Below, one piece after another: positions 1 through 13,900 of a DNA stretch of 64,000 bases. The DNA comes from Squalus acanthias. Lineage: Eukaryota. The stretch's first letter is position 1, and each line of letters opens with the position of its first letter. The translations under genes were made by a program, and so were the position numbers. The notes beneath the pieces were generated by a model, which was not told where the DNA came from, did no database searches, and saw nothing but the letters and a program-made list of their open reading frames with translations. The stretch is taken from assembly GCA_030390025.1 (NCBI GenBank), contig JASTWF010000325.1:124001-188000 (forward strand), read 5' to 3'.

Positions 1-3000
1 TGATTGTACCTGGACAGTGTATATAGATTGTACCTGGACAGTGTATATAGATTGTACCTGGACAGTGTATATAGATTGTACCTGGACAGTGTATATAGAT
101 TGTACCTGGACAGTGTATATAGATTGTACCTGGACAGTGTATATAGATTGTACCTGGACAGTGTATATTGATTGTACCTGGACAGTGTATATAGATTGTA
201 CCTGGACAGTGTATATAGATTGTACCTGGACAGTGTATATAGATTGTACCTGGACAGTGTATATAGATTGTACCTGGACAGTGTATATAGATTGTACCTG
301 GACAGTGTATATTGATTGTACCTGGACAGTGTATATTGATTGTACCTGGACAGTGTATATAGATTGTACCTGGACAGTGTATATAGATTGTACCTGGACA
401 GTGTATATTGATTGTACCTGGACAGTGTATATAGATTGTACCTGGACAGTGTATATAGATTGTACCTGGACAGTGTATATTGATTGTACCTGGACAGTGT
501 ATATAGATTGTACCTGGACAGTGTATATAGATTGTACCTGGACAGTGTATATAGATTGTACCTGGACAGTGTATATAGATTGTACCTGGACAGTGTATAT
601 AGATTGTACCTGGACAGTGTATATTGATTGTACTGGACAGTGTATATAGATTGTACCTGGACAGTGTATATAGATTGTACCTGACAGTGTATATAGATTG
701 TACCTGGACAGTGTATATAGATTGTACCTGGACAGTGTATATAGATTGTACCCTGGACAGTGTATATTGATTGTACCTGGACAGTGTATATAGATTGTAC
801 CTGGACAGTGTATATGATTGTACCTGGACAGTGTATATAGATTGTACCTGGACAGTGTATATAGATTGTACCTGGACAGTGTATATAGATTGTACCTGGA
901 CAGTGTAATTGATTGTACCTGGACAGTGTATATAGATTGTACCTGGACAGTGTATATAGATTGTACCTGGACAGTGTATATAGATTGTAACCTGGACAGG
1001 TATATAGATAGTACCTGGACAGTGTATATAGATTGTACCTGGACAGTGTATATAGATTGTACCTGGACAGTGTATATAGATTGTACCTGGACAGTGTATA
1101 TAGATTGTACCTGGACAGTGTATATTGATTGTACCTGGACAGTGTATATAGATTGTACCTGGACAGTGTATATTGATTGTACCTGGACAGTGTATATAGA
1201 TTGTACCTGACAGTGTATATAGATTGTACCTGGACAGTTTATATGATTGTACCTGGACAGTGTATATAGATTGTACCTGGACAGTGTATATAGATTGTAC
1301 CTGGACAGTGTATATAGATTGTACCTGGACAGTGTATATAGATTGTACCTGGACAGTGTATATTGATTGTACCTGGACAGTGTATATAGATTGTACCTGG
1401 ACAGTGTATATTGATTGTACCTGGACAGTGTATATAGATTGTACCTGGACAGTGTATATAGATTGTACCTGACAGTGTATATTGATTGTACCTGGACAGT
1501 GTATATAGATTGTACCTGGACAGTGTATATAGATTGTACCTGGACAGTGTATATTGATTGTACCTGGACAGTGTATATAGATTGTACCTGGACAGTGTAT
1601 ATTGATTGTACCTGGACAGTGTATATAGATTGTACCTGGACAGTGTATATTGATTGTACCTGGACAGTGTATATTGATTGTACCTGGACAGTGTATATAG
1701 ATTGTACCTGGACAGTGTATATAGATTGTACCTGGACAGTGTATATAGATTGTACCTGGACAGTGTATATTGATTGTACCTGGACAGTGTATATAGATTG
1801 TACCTGGACAGTGTATATAGATTGTACCTGGACAGTGTATATTGATTGTACCTGGACAGTGTATATAGATTGTACCTGGACAGTGTATATAGATTGTACC
1901 TGGACAGTGTATATAGATTGTACCTGGACAGTGTATATAGATTGTACCTGGACAGTGTATATTGATTGTACCTGGACAGTGTATATAGATTGTACCTGGA
2001 CAGTGTATATTGATTGTACCTGGACAGTGTATATAGATTGTACCTGGACAGTGTATATAGATTGTACCTGGACAGTGTATATTGATTGTACCTGGACAGT
2101 GTATATAGATTGTACCTGGACAGTGTATATAGATTGTACCTGGACAGTGTATATTGATTGTACCTGGACAGTGTATATAGATTGTACCTGGACAGTGTAT
2201 ATTGATTGTACCTGGACAGTGTATATAGATTGTACCTGGACAGTGTATATAGATTGTACCTGGACAGTGTATATTGATTGTACCTGGACAGTGTATATAG
2301 ATTGTACCTGGACAGTGTATATAGATTGTACCTGGACAGTGTATATAGATTGTACCTGGACAGTGTATATTGATTGTACCTGGACAGTGTATATAGATTG
2401 TACCTGGACAGTGTATATAGATTGTACCTGGACAGTGTATATAGATTGTACCTGGACAGTGTATATAGATTGTACCTGGACATTGTATATAGATTGTACC
2501 TGGACAGTGTATATAGATTGTACCTGGACAGTGTATTTAGATTGTACCTGGACAGTGTATATTGATTGTACCTGGACAGTGTATATAGATTGTACCTGGA
2601 CAGTGTATATAGATTGTACCTGGACAGTGTATATAGATTGTACCTGGACAGTGTATATTGATTGTACCTGGACAGTGTATATAGATTGTACCTGGACAGT
2701 GTATATAGATTGTACCTGGACAGTGTATATAGATTGTACCTGGACAGTGTATATTGATTGTACCTGGACAGTGTATATAGATTGTAACTGGATAGTGTAT
2801 ATAGATTGTACCTGGACAGTGTATATAGATTGTACCTGGACAGTGTATATGGATTGTACCTGGACAGAGTATATTGATTGTACCTGGACAGTGTATATAG
2901 ATTGTACCTGGACAGTGTATATTGATTGTACCTGGACAGTGTATATAGATTGTACCTGGACAGTGTATATAGATTGTACCTGGACAGTGTATATTGATTG

Positions 3001-5559
3001 TACCTGGACAGTGTATATAGATTGTACCTGGACAGTGTATATAGATTGTACCTGGACAGTGATATTGATTGTACCTGGACAGTGTATATAGATTGTACCT
3101 GGACAGTGTATATTGATTGTACCTGGACAGTGTATATTGATTGTACCTGGACAGTGTATATTGATTGTACCTGGACAGTGTATATAGATTGTACCTGGAC
3201 AGTGTATATAGATTGTACCTGGACAGTGTATATAGATTGTACCTGGACAGTGTATATAGATTGTACCTGGACAGTGTATTTTGATTGTACCTGGACAGTG
3301 TATATAGATTGTACCTGGACAGTGTATATAGATTGTACCTGGACAGTGTATATTGATTGTACCTGGACAGTGTATATAGATTGTACCTGGACAGTGTATA
3401 TTGATTGTACCTGGACAGTGTATATAGATTGTACCTGGACAGTGTATATAGATTGTACCTGGACAGTGTATATTGATTGTACCTGGACAGTGTATATAGA
3501 TTGTACCTGGACAGTGTATATAGATTGTACTGGACAGTGTATATAGATTGTACCTGGACAGTGTATATTGATTGTACCTGGACAGTGTATATAGATTGTA
3601 CCTGGACAGTGTATATTGATTGTACCTGGACAGTGTATATAGATTGTACCTGGACAGTGTATATAGATTGTACCTGGACAGTGTATATAGATTGTACCTG
3701 GACAGTGTATATAGATTGTATCTGGACAGTGTATATAGATTGTACGTGGACAGTGTATATAGATTGTACCTGGACAGTGTATATAGTTGTACCTGGACAG
3801 TGTATATAGATTGTACCTGGACAGTGTATATAGATTGTACCTGGAAGTGTATATAGATTGTACCTGGACAGTGTATATTGATTGTACCTGGACAGTGTAT
3901 ATTGATTGTACCTGGACAGTGTATATTGATTGTACCTGGACAGTATATTGATTGTACCTGGACAGTGTATATAGATTGTACTGGACAGTGTATATAGATT
4001 GTACCTGACAGTGTATATTGATTGTACCTGGACAGTGTATATAGATTGTACCTGGACAGTGTATATAGATTGTACCTGGACAGTGTATATAGATTGTACC
4101 TGGACAGTGTATATAGATTGTACCTGGACAGTGTATATAGATTGTACCTGGACAGTGTATATAGATTGTACCTGGACAGTGTATATTGATTGTACCTGGA
4201 CAGTGTATATAGATTGTACCTGGACAGTGTATATTGATTGTACCTGGACAGTGTATATAGATTGTACCTGGACAGTGTATATAGATTGTACCTGGACAGT
4301 GTATATTGATTGTACCTGGACAGTGTATATAGATTGTACCTGGACAGTGTATATAGATTGTACCTGGACAGTGTATATTGATTGTACCTGGACAGTGTAT
4401 ATAGATTGTACCTGGACAGTGTATATAGATTGTACCTGGACAGTGTATATTGATTGTACCTGGACAGTGTATATGATTGTACCTGGACAGTGTATATAGA
4501 TTGTACCTGGACAGTGTATATAGATTGTACCTGGACAGTGTATATTGATTGTACCTGGACAGTGTATATAGATTGTACCTGGACAGTGTATATTGATTGT
4601 ACCTGGACAGTGTATATAGATTGTACCTGGACAGTGTATATAGATTGTACCTGGACAGTGTATATAGATTGTACCTGGACAGTGTATATTGATTGTACCT
4701 GGACAGTGTATATAGATTGTACCTGGACAGTGTATATAGATTGTACCTGGACAGTGTATATAGATTGTACCTGGACAGTGTATATAGATTGTACCTGGAC
4801 AGTGTATATAGATTGTACCTGGACAGTGTATATAGATTGTACCTGGACAGTGTATATAGATTGTACCTGGACAGTGTATATTGATTGTACCTGGACAGTG
4901 TATATAGATTGTACCTGGACAGTGTATATAGATTGTACCTGGACAGTGTATATTGATTGTACCTGGACAGGTATATAGATTGTACCTGGACAGTGTATAT
5001 AGATTGTACCTGGACAGTGTATATAGATTGTACCTGGACAGTGTATATAGATTGTACCTGGACAGTGTATATAGATTGTACCTGGACAGTGTATATAGAT
5101 TGTACCTGGACAGTGTATATTAGATTGTACCTGGACAGTGTATATAGATTGTACCTGGACAGTGTATATTGATTGTACCTGGACAGTGTATATAGATTGT
5201 ACCTGGACAGTGTATATAGATTGTACCTGGACAGTGTATATAGATTGTACCTGGACAGTGTATATAGATTGTACCTGGACAGTGTATATAGATTGTACCT
5301 GGACAGTGTATATAGATTGTACCTGGACAGTGTATATTGATTGTACCTGGACAGTGTATATAGATTGTACCTGGACAGTGTATATAGATTGTACCTGGAC
5401 AGTGTATATAGATTGTACCTGGACAGTGTATATAGATTGTACCTGGACAGTGTATATTGATTGTACCTGGACAGTGTATATTGATTGTACCTGGACAGTG
5501 TATATTGATTGTACCTGGACAGTGTATATTGATTGTACCTGGACAGTGTATATAGATTG

Positions 5560-8540
5560 TACCTGGGACAGTGTATATAGATTGTACCTGGACAGTGTAT
5601 TTAGATTGTACCTGGACAGTGTATAATAGATTGTAACTGGACAGTGTGATATAGATTGTACCTGGACAGTGTATATAGATTGTACCTGGACAGTGTATAT
5701 TGATTGTACCTGGACAGTGTATATAGATTGTACCTGGACAGTGTATATTGATTGTACCTGGACAGTGTATATGATTGTACCTGACAGTGTATATTGATTG
5801 TACCTGGACAGTGTATATAGATTGTACCTGACAGTGTATATAGATTGTACCTGGACAGGTATATTGATTGTACCTGGACAGTGTATATAGATTGTAACTG
5901 GACAGTGTATATAGATTTTACCTAGACATGTGTAATTGATTGTACCTGGACAGTGTATATAGATTTAACCTGGACAGTGTATTTTAGCTTGTTACCTGGA
6001 CAGTGTATATTGATTGTACCTGGACAGTGTTTATAGATTGTACCTGGACAGTATATATATTATACCTGGACAGTGTATATTGATTGTACTGGACAGTGTA
6101 TATAGATTGTACCTGGAGAGTGTATATAGATTGTACCTGGACAGTGTATATTGATTGTACCTGGACAGTGTATATTGATTGTACCTGGACAGTGTATATT
6201 GATTGTACCTGGACAGTGTATATTGATTGTACCTGGACAGTGTATATAGATTGTACCTGGACATTGTATATAGATTGTACCTGGACAGTGTATATTGATT
6301 GTACCTGGACAGTGTATGTTGATTGTACCTGGACAGTGTATATAGATTGTACCTGGGACAGTGTATATAGATTGTACCTGGACAGTGTATATAGATTGTA
6401 CCTGGACAGTGTATATTGATTGTACCTGGACAGTGTATATAGATTGTACCTGGACAGTGTATATTGATTGTACCTGGACAGTGTATATAGATTGTACCTG
6501 GACAGTGTATATTGATTTAGCCTGGACAGTGTATATAGATTGTACCTGGACAGTGTATATTGATGTACCTGGACTGTGTATATAGATTGTACCTGGAGCA
6601 GTATATATTGATTGTACCTGGACAGTGTATATTGATTGTACCTGGACAGTGTATATATATTGTACTGGACAGTGTATAGTAGATTGGTACCTGGACTTGT
6701 ATATAGATTGTACCTGGACAGTGTATATAGATTGTACCTGGACAGTGTATATAGATTGTACCCTGACAGTGTATATAGATTGTACCTGGACAGTGTATAT
6801 AGATTGTACCTGGACAGTGTATTATAGATTGTACCTGGACAGTGTAATTGATTGTACCTGGACAGTGTATATAGATTGTACCTGGACAGTGGATATAGAT
6901 TGTACGTGGACAGTGTATATAGATTGTACCTGGACAGTGTATATAGATGTGTAACTGGACAGCTGTATAGGTTGTACCTGGACAGTGTATATAGATTGTC
7001 CTGGACAGTTGTATTGATTGTACCTGGACAGTGTATATTGATTGTACCTGGACAGTTATATTGATTGTACCTGGACAGTGTATATAGATTGTACCTGGAC
7101 AGTGTATATAGATTGTACCTGGACAGTGTATATAGATTGTACCTGGACAGTGTATATTGATTGTACCTGGACAGTGTATATTGATTGTACCTGGACAGTG
7201 TATATAGATTGTACCTGGACAGTGTATATAGATTGTACCTGGACAGTGTATATTGATTGTACCTGGACAGTGTATATTGATTGTACCTGGACAGTGTATA
7301 TTGATTGTACCTGGACAGTGTATATAGATTGTACCTGGACAGTGTATATAGATTGTACCTGGACAGTGTATATAGATTGTACCTGGACAGTGTATATAGA
7401 TTGTACCTGGACAGTGTATATTGATTGTACCTGGACAGTGTATATTGATTGTACCTGGACAGTGTATATAGATTGTACCTGGACAGTGTATATAGATTGT
7501 ACCTGGACAGTGTATATAGATTGTACCTGGACAGTGTATATTGATTGTACCTGGACAGTGTATATAGAATTGTACCTGGACAGTGGTATTTTGATTGTAC
7601 CTGGACCGTGTAAAATAGATTGTACCTGACAGTGTATAGAGGATTGTACCTGGACAGTGTATATTGATTGTACCTGGAGAGTGTATATTGATTGTACCTT
7701 GAACAGTGTATATGATTGTACCTGGACAGTGTATATAGATTGTACCTGGATCGACTGTATATAGATTGGAACCTGGACAGGTGTATACTGATTGTACCTG
7801 GACAGTGATATAGATTGTACTGGAGCAGTGGTATATAGATTGTACCTGACAGTGTATATTGATTGTACCTGGAGCAGTGTATATAGATTGTACCTTGACA
7901 GTGTATATTGATTGTACCTGACAGTGTATATAGATTTTACCTGGACAGTGTATATAGATTGTACCTGGACAGTGTATATAGATTGTACCTGGACAGTGTA
8001 TATAGATTGTACCTGGACAGTGTATATAGATTGTACCTGGACAGTGTATAGTCGATGTACCTGGACAGTGCATTAGAGATTGTACCTGGACAGGTTATAG
8101 ATTGTACCTGGACAGTGTATATTGATTGTACCTGGACAGTGTATATAGATTGTACCTGGCAGTGTATATAGATTGTACCTGACAGTGTATATTGATTGTA
8201 CCTGGACAGTATACATTGATTTATACCCTGGACAGAGGTATATAGATTGTACCTGGACAGTGTATATAGATTGTACCTGACATTGGTATATTAGATTGTA
8301 CCTGGACAGTTATATTGATTGTACCTGGACAGTGTATATAGATTGTACCTGGACAGTGTATATAGATTGTAGCCTGGACAGTGTATTAGATTGTACCTGA
8401 CAGGTGTATATTGATTGTACCTGGACAGTGTATATAGATTGTACCTGGACAGTGTATATAGAATGTACCTGGACAGTGTTATATAGATTGTACCTTGACA
8501 GTGTATATTGATTGTACCTGGACAGTGTATATTGATTGTT
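5560..8540. repeat. Degenerate/noisy segment of the same 24-bp array
   Basis: Dense private indels and substitutions, e.g. 5916-6060, 6510-7060, 7565-8530 (gatcgactg at ~7749, gtcgatg at 8051). A clean island lies at ~7060-7560. Confidence 0.85.
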
Positions 8541-10999
8541 CCTGGACTGTGTATATAGATTGTACCTGGACAGTGTATATAGATTGTACCTGGACAGTGT
8601 ATATAGATTGTACCTGGACAGTGTATATAGATTGTACCTGGACAGTGTATATTGATTGTACCTGGACAGTGTATATTGATTGTACCTGGACAGTGTATAT
8701 AGATTGTACCTGGACAGTGTATATAGATTGTACCTGGACAGTGTATATAGATTGTACCTGGACAGTGTATATTGATTGTACCTGGACAGTGTATATTGAT
8801 TGTACCTGGACAGTGTATATAGATTGTACCTGGACAGTGTATATTGATTGTACCTGGACAGTGTATATAGATTGTACCTGGACAGTGTATATAGATTGTA
8901 CCTGGACAGTGTATATAGATTGTACCTGGACAGTGTATATAGATTGTACCTGGACAGTGTATATAGATTGTACCTGGACAGTGTATATAGATTGTACCTG
9001 GACAGTGTATATTGATTGTACCTGGACAGTGTATATAGATTGTACCTGGACAGTGTATATAGATTGTACCTGGACAGTGTATATAGATTGTACCTGGACA
9101 GTGTATATTGATTGTACCTGGACAGTGTATATTGATTGTACCTGGACAGTGTATATAGATTGTACCTGGACAGTGTATATAGATTGTACCTGGACAGTGT
9201 ATATTGATTGTACCTGGACAGTGTATATAGATTGTACCTGGACAGTGTATATTGATTGTACCTGGACAGTGTATATAGATTGTACCTGGACAGTGTATAT
9301 AGATTGTACCTGGACAGTGTATATAGATTGTACCTGGACAGTGTATATTGATTGTACCTGGACAGTGTATATAGATTGTACCTGGACAGTGTATATTGAT
9401 TGTATCTGGACAGTGTATATAGTTTGTACCTGGACAGTGTATATAGATTGTACCTGGACAGTGTATATAGATTGTACCTGGACAGTGTATATAGATTGTA
9501 CCTGGACTGTGTATATAGATTGTACCTGGACAGTGTATATTAATTGTACCCAACAGTGGATATAGATTGTACCTGGAGAGTGTATATAGATTGTACCTGG
9601 AGAGTGTATATTGATTGTACCTGGACAGTGTATATTGATTGTACCTGGGCAGTGTATATAGATTGTACCTGGACAGTGTATATTGATTGTACCTGGACAG
9701 TGTATATTGATTGTACCTGGACAGTGTATATAGATTGTACCTGGACAGTGTATATAGATTGTACCTGGACAGTGTATATAGATTGTACCTGGACAGTGTA
9801 TATAGATTGTACCTGGACAGTGTATATAGATTGTACCTGGACAGTGTATATAGATTGTACCTGGACAGTGTATATAGATTGTACCTGGACAGTGTATATT
9901 GATTGTACCTGGACAGTGTATATAGATTGTACCTGGACAGTGTATATAGATTGTACCTGGACAGTGTATATTGATTGTACCTGGACAGTGTATATTGATT
10001 GTACCTGGACAGTGTATATAGATTGTACCTGGACAGTGTATATTGATTGTACCTGGACAGTGTATATAGATTGTACCTGGACAGTGTATATTGATTGTAC
10101 CTGGACAGTGTATATAGATTGTACCTGGACAGTGTATATAGATTGTACCTGGACAGTGTATATTGATTGTACCTGGACAGTGTATATAGATTGTACCTGG
10201 ACAGTGTATATAGATTGTACCTGGACAGTGTATATAGATTGTACCTGGACAGTGTATATGATTGTACCTGGACAGTGTATATTGATTGTACCTGGACAGT
10301 GTATATTGATTGTACCTGGACAGTGTATATTGATTGTACCTGGACAGTGTATATTGATTGTACCTGGACAGTGTATATAGATTGTACCTGGACAGTGTAT
10401 ATAGATTGTACCTGGACAGTGTATATAGATTGTACCTGGACAGTGTATATAGATTGTACCTGGACAGTGTATATTGATTGTACCTGGACAGTGTATATAG
10501 ATTGTACCTGGACAGTGTATATAGATTGTACCTGGACAGTGTATATAGATTGTACCTGGACAGTGTATATAGATTGTACCTGGACAGTGTATATAGATTG
10601 TACCTGGACAGTGTATATTGATTGTACCTGGACAGTGTATATAGATTGTACCTGGACAGTGTATATTGATTGTACCTGGACAGTGTATATGATTGTACCT
10701 GGACAGTGTATATAGATTGTACCTGGACAGTGTATATTGATTGTACCTGGACAGTGTATATAGATTGTACCTGGACAGTGTATATAGATTGTACCTGGAC
10801 AGTGTATATAGATTGTACCTGGACAGTGTATATAGATTGTACCTGGACAGTGTATATAGATTGTACCTGGACAGTGTATATTGATTGTACCTGGACAGTG
10901 TATATAGATTGTACCTGGACAGTGTATATTGATTGTACCTGGACAGTGTATATAGATTGTACCTGGACAGTGTATATAGATTGTACCTGGACAGTGTAT

Positions 11000-13900
11000 A
11001 TAGATTGTACCTGGACAGTGTATATTGATTGTACCTGGACAGTGTATATAGATTGTACCTGGACAGTGTATATTGATTGTACCTGGACAGTGTATATAGA
11101 TTGTACCTGGACAGTGTATATAGATTGTACCTGGACAGTGTATATTGATTGTACCTGGACAGTGTATATTGATTGTACCTGGACAGTGTATATAGATTGT
11201 ACCTGGACAGTGTATATTGATTGTACCTGGACAGTGTATATAGATTGTACCTGGACAGTGTATATAGATTGTACCTGGACAGTGTATATTGATTGTACCT
11301 GGACAGTGTATATAGATTGTACCTGGACAGTGTATATTGATTGTACCTGGACAGTGTATATTGATTGTACCTGGACAGTGTATATAGATTGTACCTGGAC
11401 AGTGTATATTGATTGTACCTGGACAGTGTATATTGATTGTACCTGGACAGTGTATATAGATTGTACCTGGACAGTGTATATAGATTGTACCTGGACAGTG
11501 TATATGATTGTACCTGGACAGTGTATATAGATTGTACCTGGACAGTGTATATAGATTGTACCTGGACAGTGTATATAGATTGTACCTGGACAGTGTATAT
11601 TGATTGTACCTGGACAGTGTATATTGATTGTACCTGGACAGTGTATATAGATTGTACCTGGACAGTGTATATTGATTGTACCTGGACAGTGTATATTGAT
11701 TGTACCTGGACAGTGTATATAGATTGTACCTGGACAGTGTATATAGATTGTACCTGGACAGTGTATATAGATTGTACCTGGACAGTGTATATAGATTGTA
11801 CCTGGACAGTGTATATTGATTGTACCTGGACAGTGTATATTGATTGTACCTGGACAGTGTATATAGATTGTACCTGGACAGTGTATATAGATTGTACCTG
11901 GACAGTGTATATTGATTGTACCTGGACAGTGTATATTGATTGTACCTGGACAGTGTATATAGATTGTACCTGGACAGTGTATATAGATTGTACCTGGACA
12001 GTGTATATTGATTGTACCTGGACAGTGTATATTGATTGTACCTGGACAGTGTATATAGATTGTACCTGGACAGTGTATATAGATTGTACCTGGACAGTGT
12101 ATATAGATTGTACCTGGACAGTGTATATTGATTGTACCTGGACAGTGTATATAGATTGTACCTGGACAGTGTATATAGATTGTACCTGGACAGTGTATAT
12201 AGATTGTACCTGGACAGTGTATATTGATTGTACCTGGACAGTGTATATTGATTGTACCTGGACAGTGTATATAGATTGTACCTGGACAGTGTATATAGAT
12301 TGTACCTGGACAGTGTATATAGATTGTACCTGGACAGTGTATATAGATTGTACCTGGACAGTGTATATAGATTGTACCTGGACAGTGTATATAGATTGTA
12401 CCTGGACAGTGTATATAGATTGTACCTGGACAGTGTATATTGATTGTACCTGGACAGTGTATATAGATTGTACCTGGACAGTGTATATTGATTGTACCTG
12501 GACAGTGTATATAGATTGTACCTGGACAGTGTATATTGATTGTACCTGGACAGTGTATATAGATTGTACCTGGACAGTGTATATTGATTGTACCTGGACA
12601 GTGTATATAGATTGTACCTGGACAGTGTATATTGATTGTACCTGGACAGTGTATATAGATTGTACCTGGACAGTGTATATTGATTGTACCTGGACAGTGT
12701 ATATAGATTGTACCTGGACAGTGTATATTGATTGTACCTGGACAGTGTATATAGATTGTACCTGGACAGTGTATATTGATTGTACCTGGACAGTGTATAT
12801 AGATTGTACCTGGACAGTGTATATAGATTGTACCTGGACAGTGTATATAGATTGTACCTGGACAGTGTATATTGATTGTACCTGGACAGTGTATATAGAT
12901 TGTACCTGGACAGTGTATATTGATTGTACCTGGACAGTGTATATAGATTGTACCTGGACAGTGTATATTGATTGTACCTGGACAGTGTATATAGATTGTA
13001 CCTGGACAGTGTATATTGATTGTACCTGGACAGTGTATATAGATTGTACCTGGACAGTGTATATAGATTGTACCTGGACAGTGTATATTGATTGTACCTG
13101 GACAGTGTATATAGATTGTACCTGGACAGTGTATATTGATTGTACCTGGACAGTGTATATTGATTGTACCTGGACAGTGTATATAGATTGTACCTGGACA
13201 GTGTATATTGATTGTACCTGGACAGTGTATATTGATTGTACCTGGACAGTGTATATAGATTGTACCTGGACAGTGTATATAGATTGTACCTGGACAGTGT
13301 ATATTGATTGTACCTGGACAGTGTATATAGATTGTACCTGGACAGTGTATATTGATTGTACCTGGACAGTGTATATAGATTGTACCTGGACAGTGTATAT
13401 AGATTGTACCTGGACAGTGTATATAGATTGTACCTGGACAGTGTATATTGATTGTACCTGGACAGTGTATATAGATTGTACCTGGACAGTGTATATAGAT
13501 TGTACCTGGACAGTGTATATTGATTGTACCTGGACAGTGTATATTGATTGTACCTGGACAGTGTATATAGATTGTACCTGGACAGTGTATATAGATTGTA
13601 CCTGGACAGTGTATATAGATTGTACCTGGACAGTGTATATAGATTGTACCTGGACAGTGTATATTGATTGTACCTGGACAGTGTATATAGATTGTACCTG
13701 GACAGTGTATATTGATTGTACCTGGACAGTGTATATAGATTGTACCTGGACAGTGTATATAGATTGTACCTGGACAGTGTATATAGATTGTACCTGGACA
13801 GTGTATATAGATTGTACCTGGACAGTGTATATAGATTGTACCTGGACAGTGTATATAGATTGTACCTGGACAGTGTATATTGATTGTACCTGGACAGTGT

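Noticed and set aside
19..26. TATA-box or -10 promoter-like TATATA/TATATT in each unit
   Set aside because: A short AT motif inherent to the repeat, with no downstream gene or supporting context.
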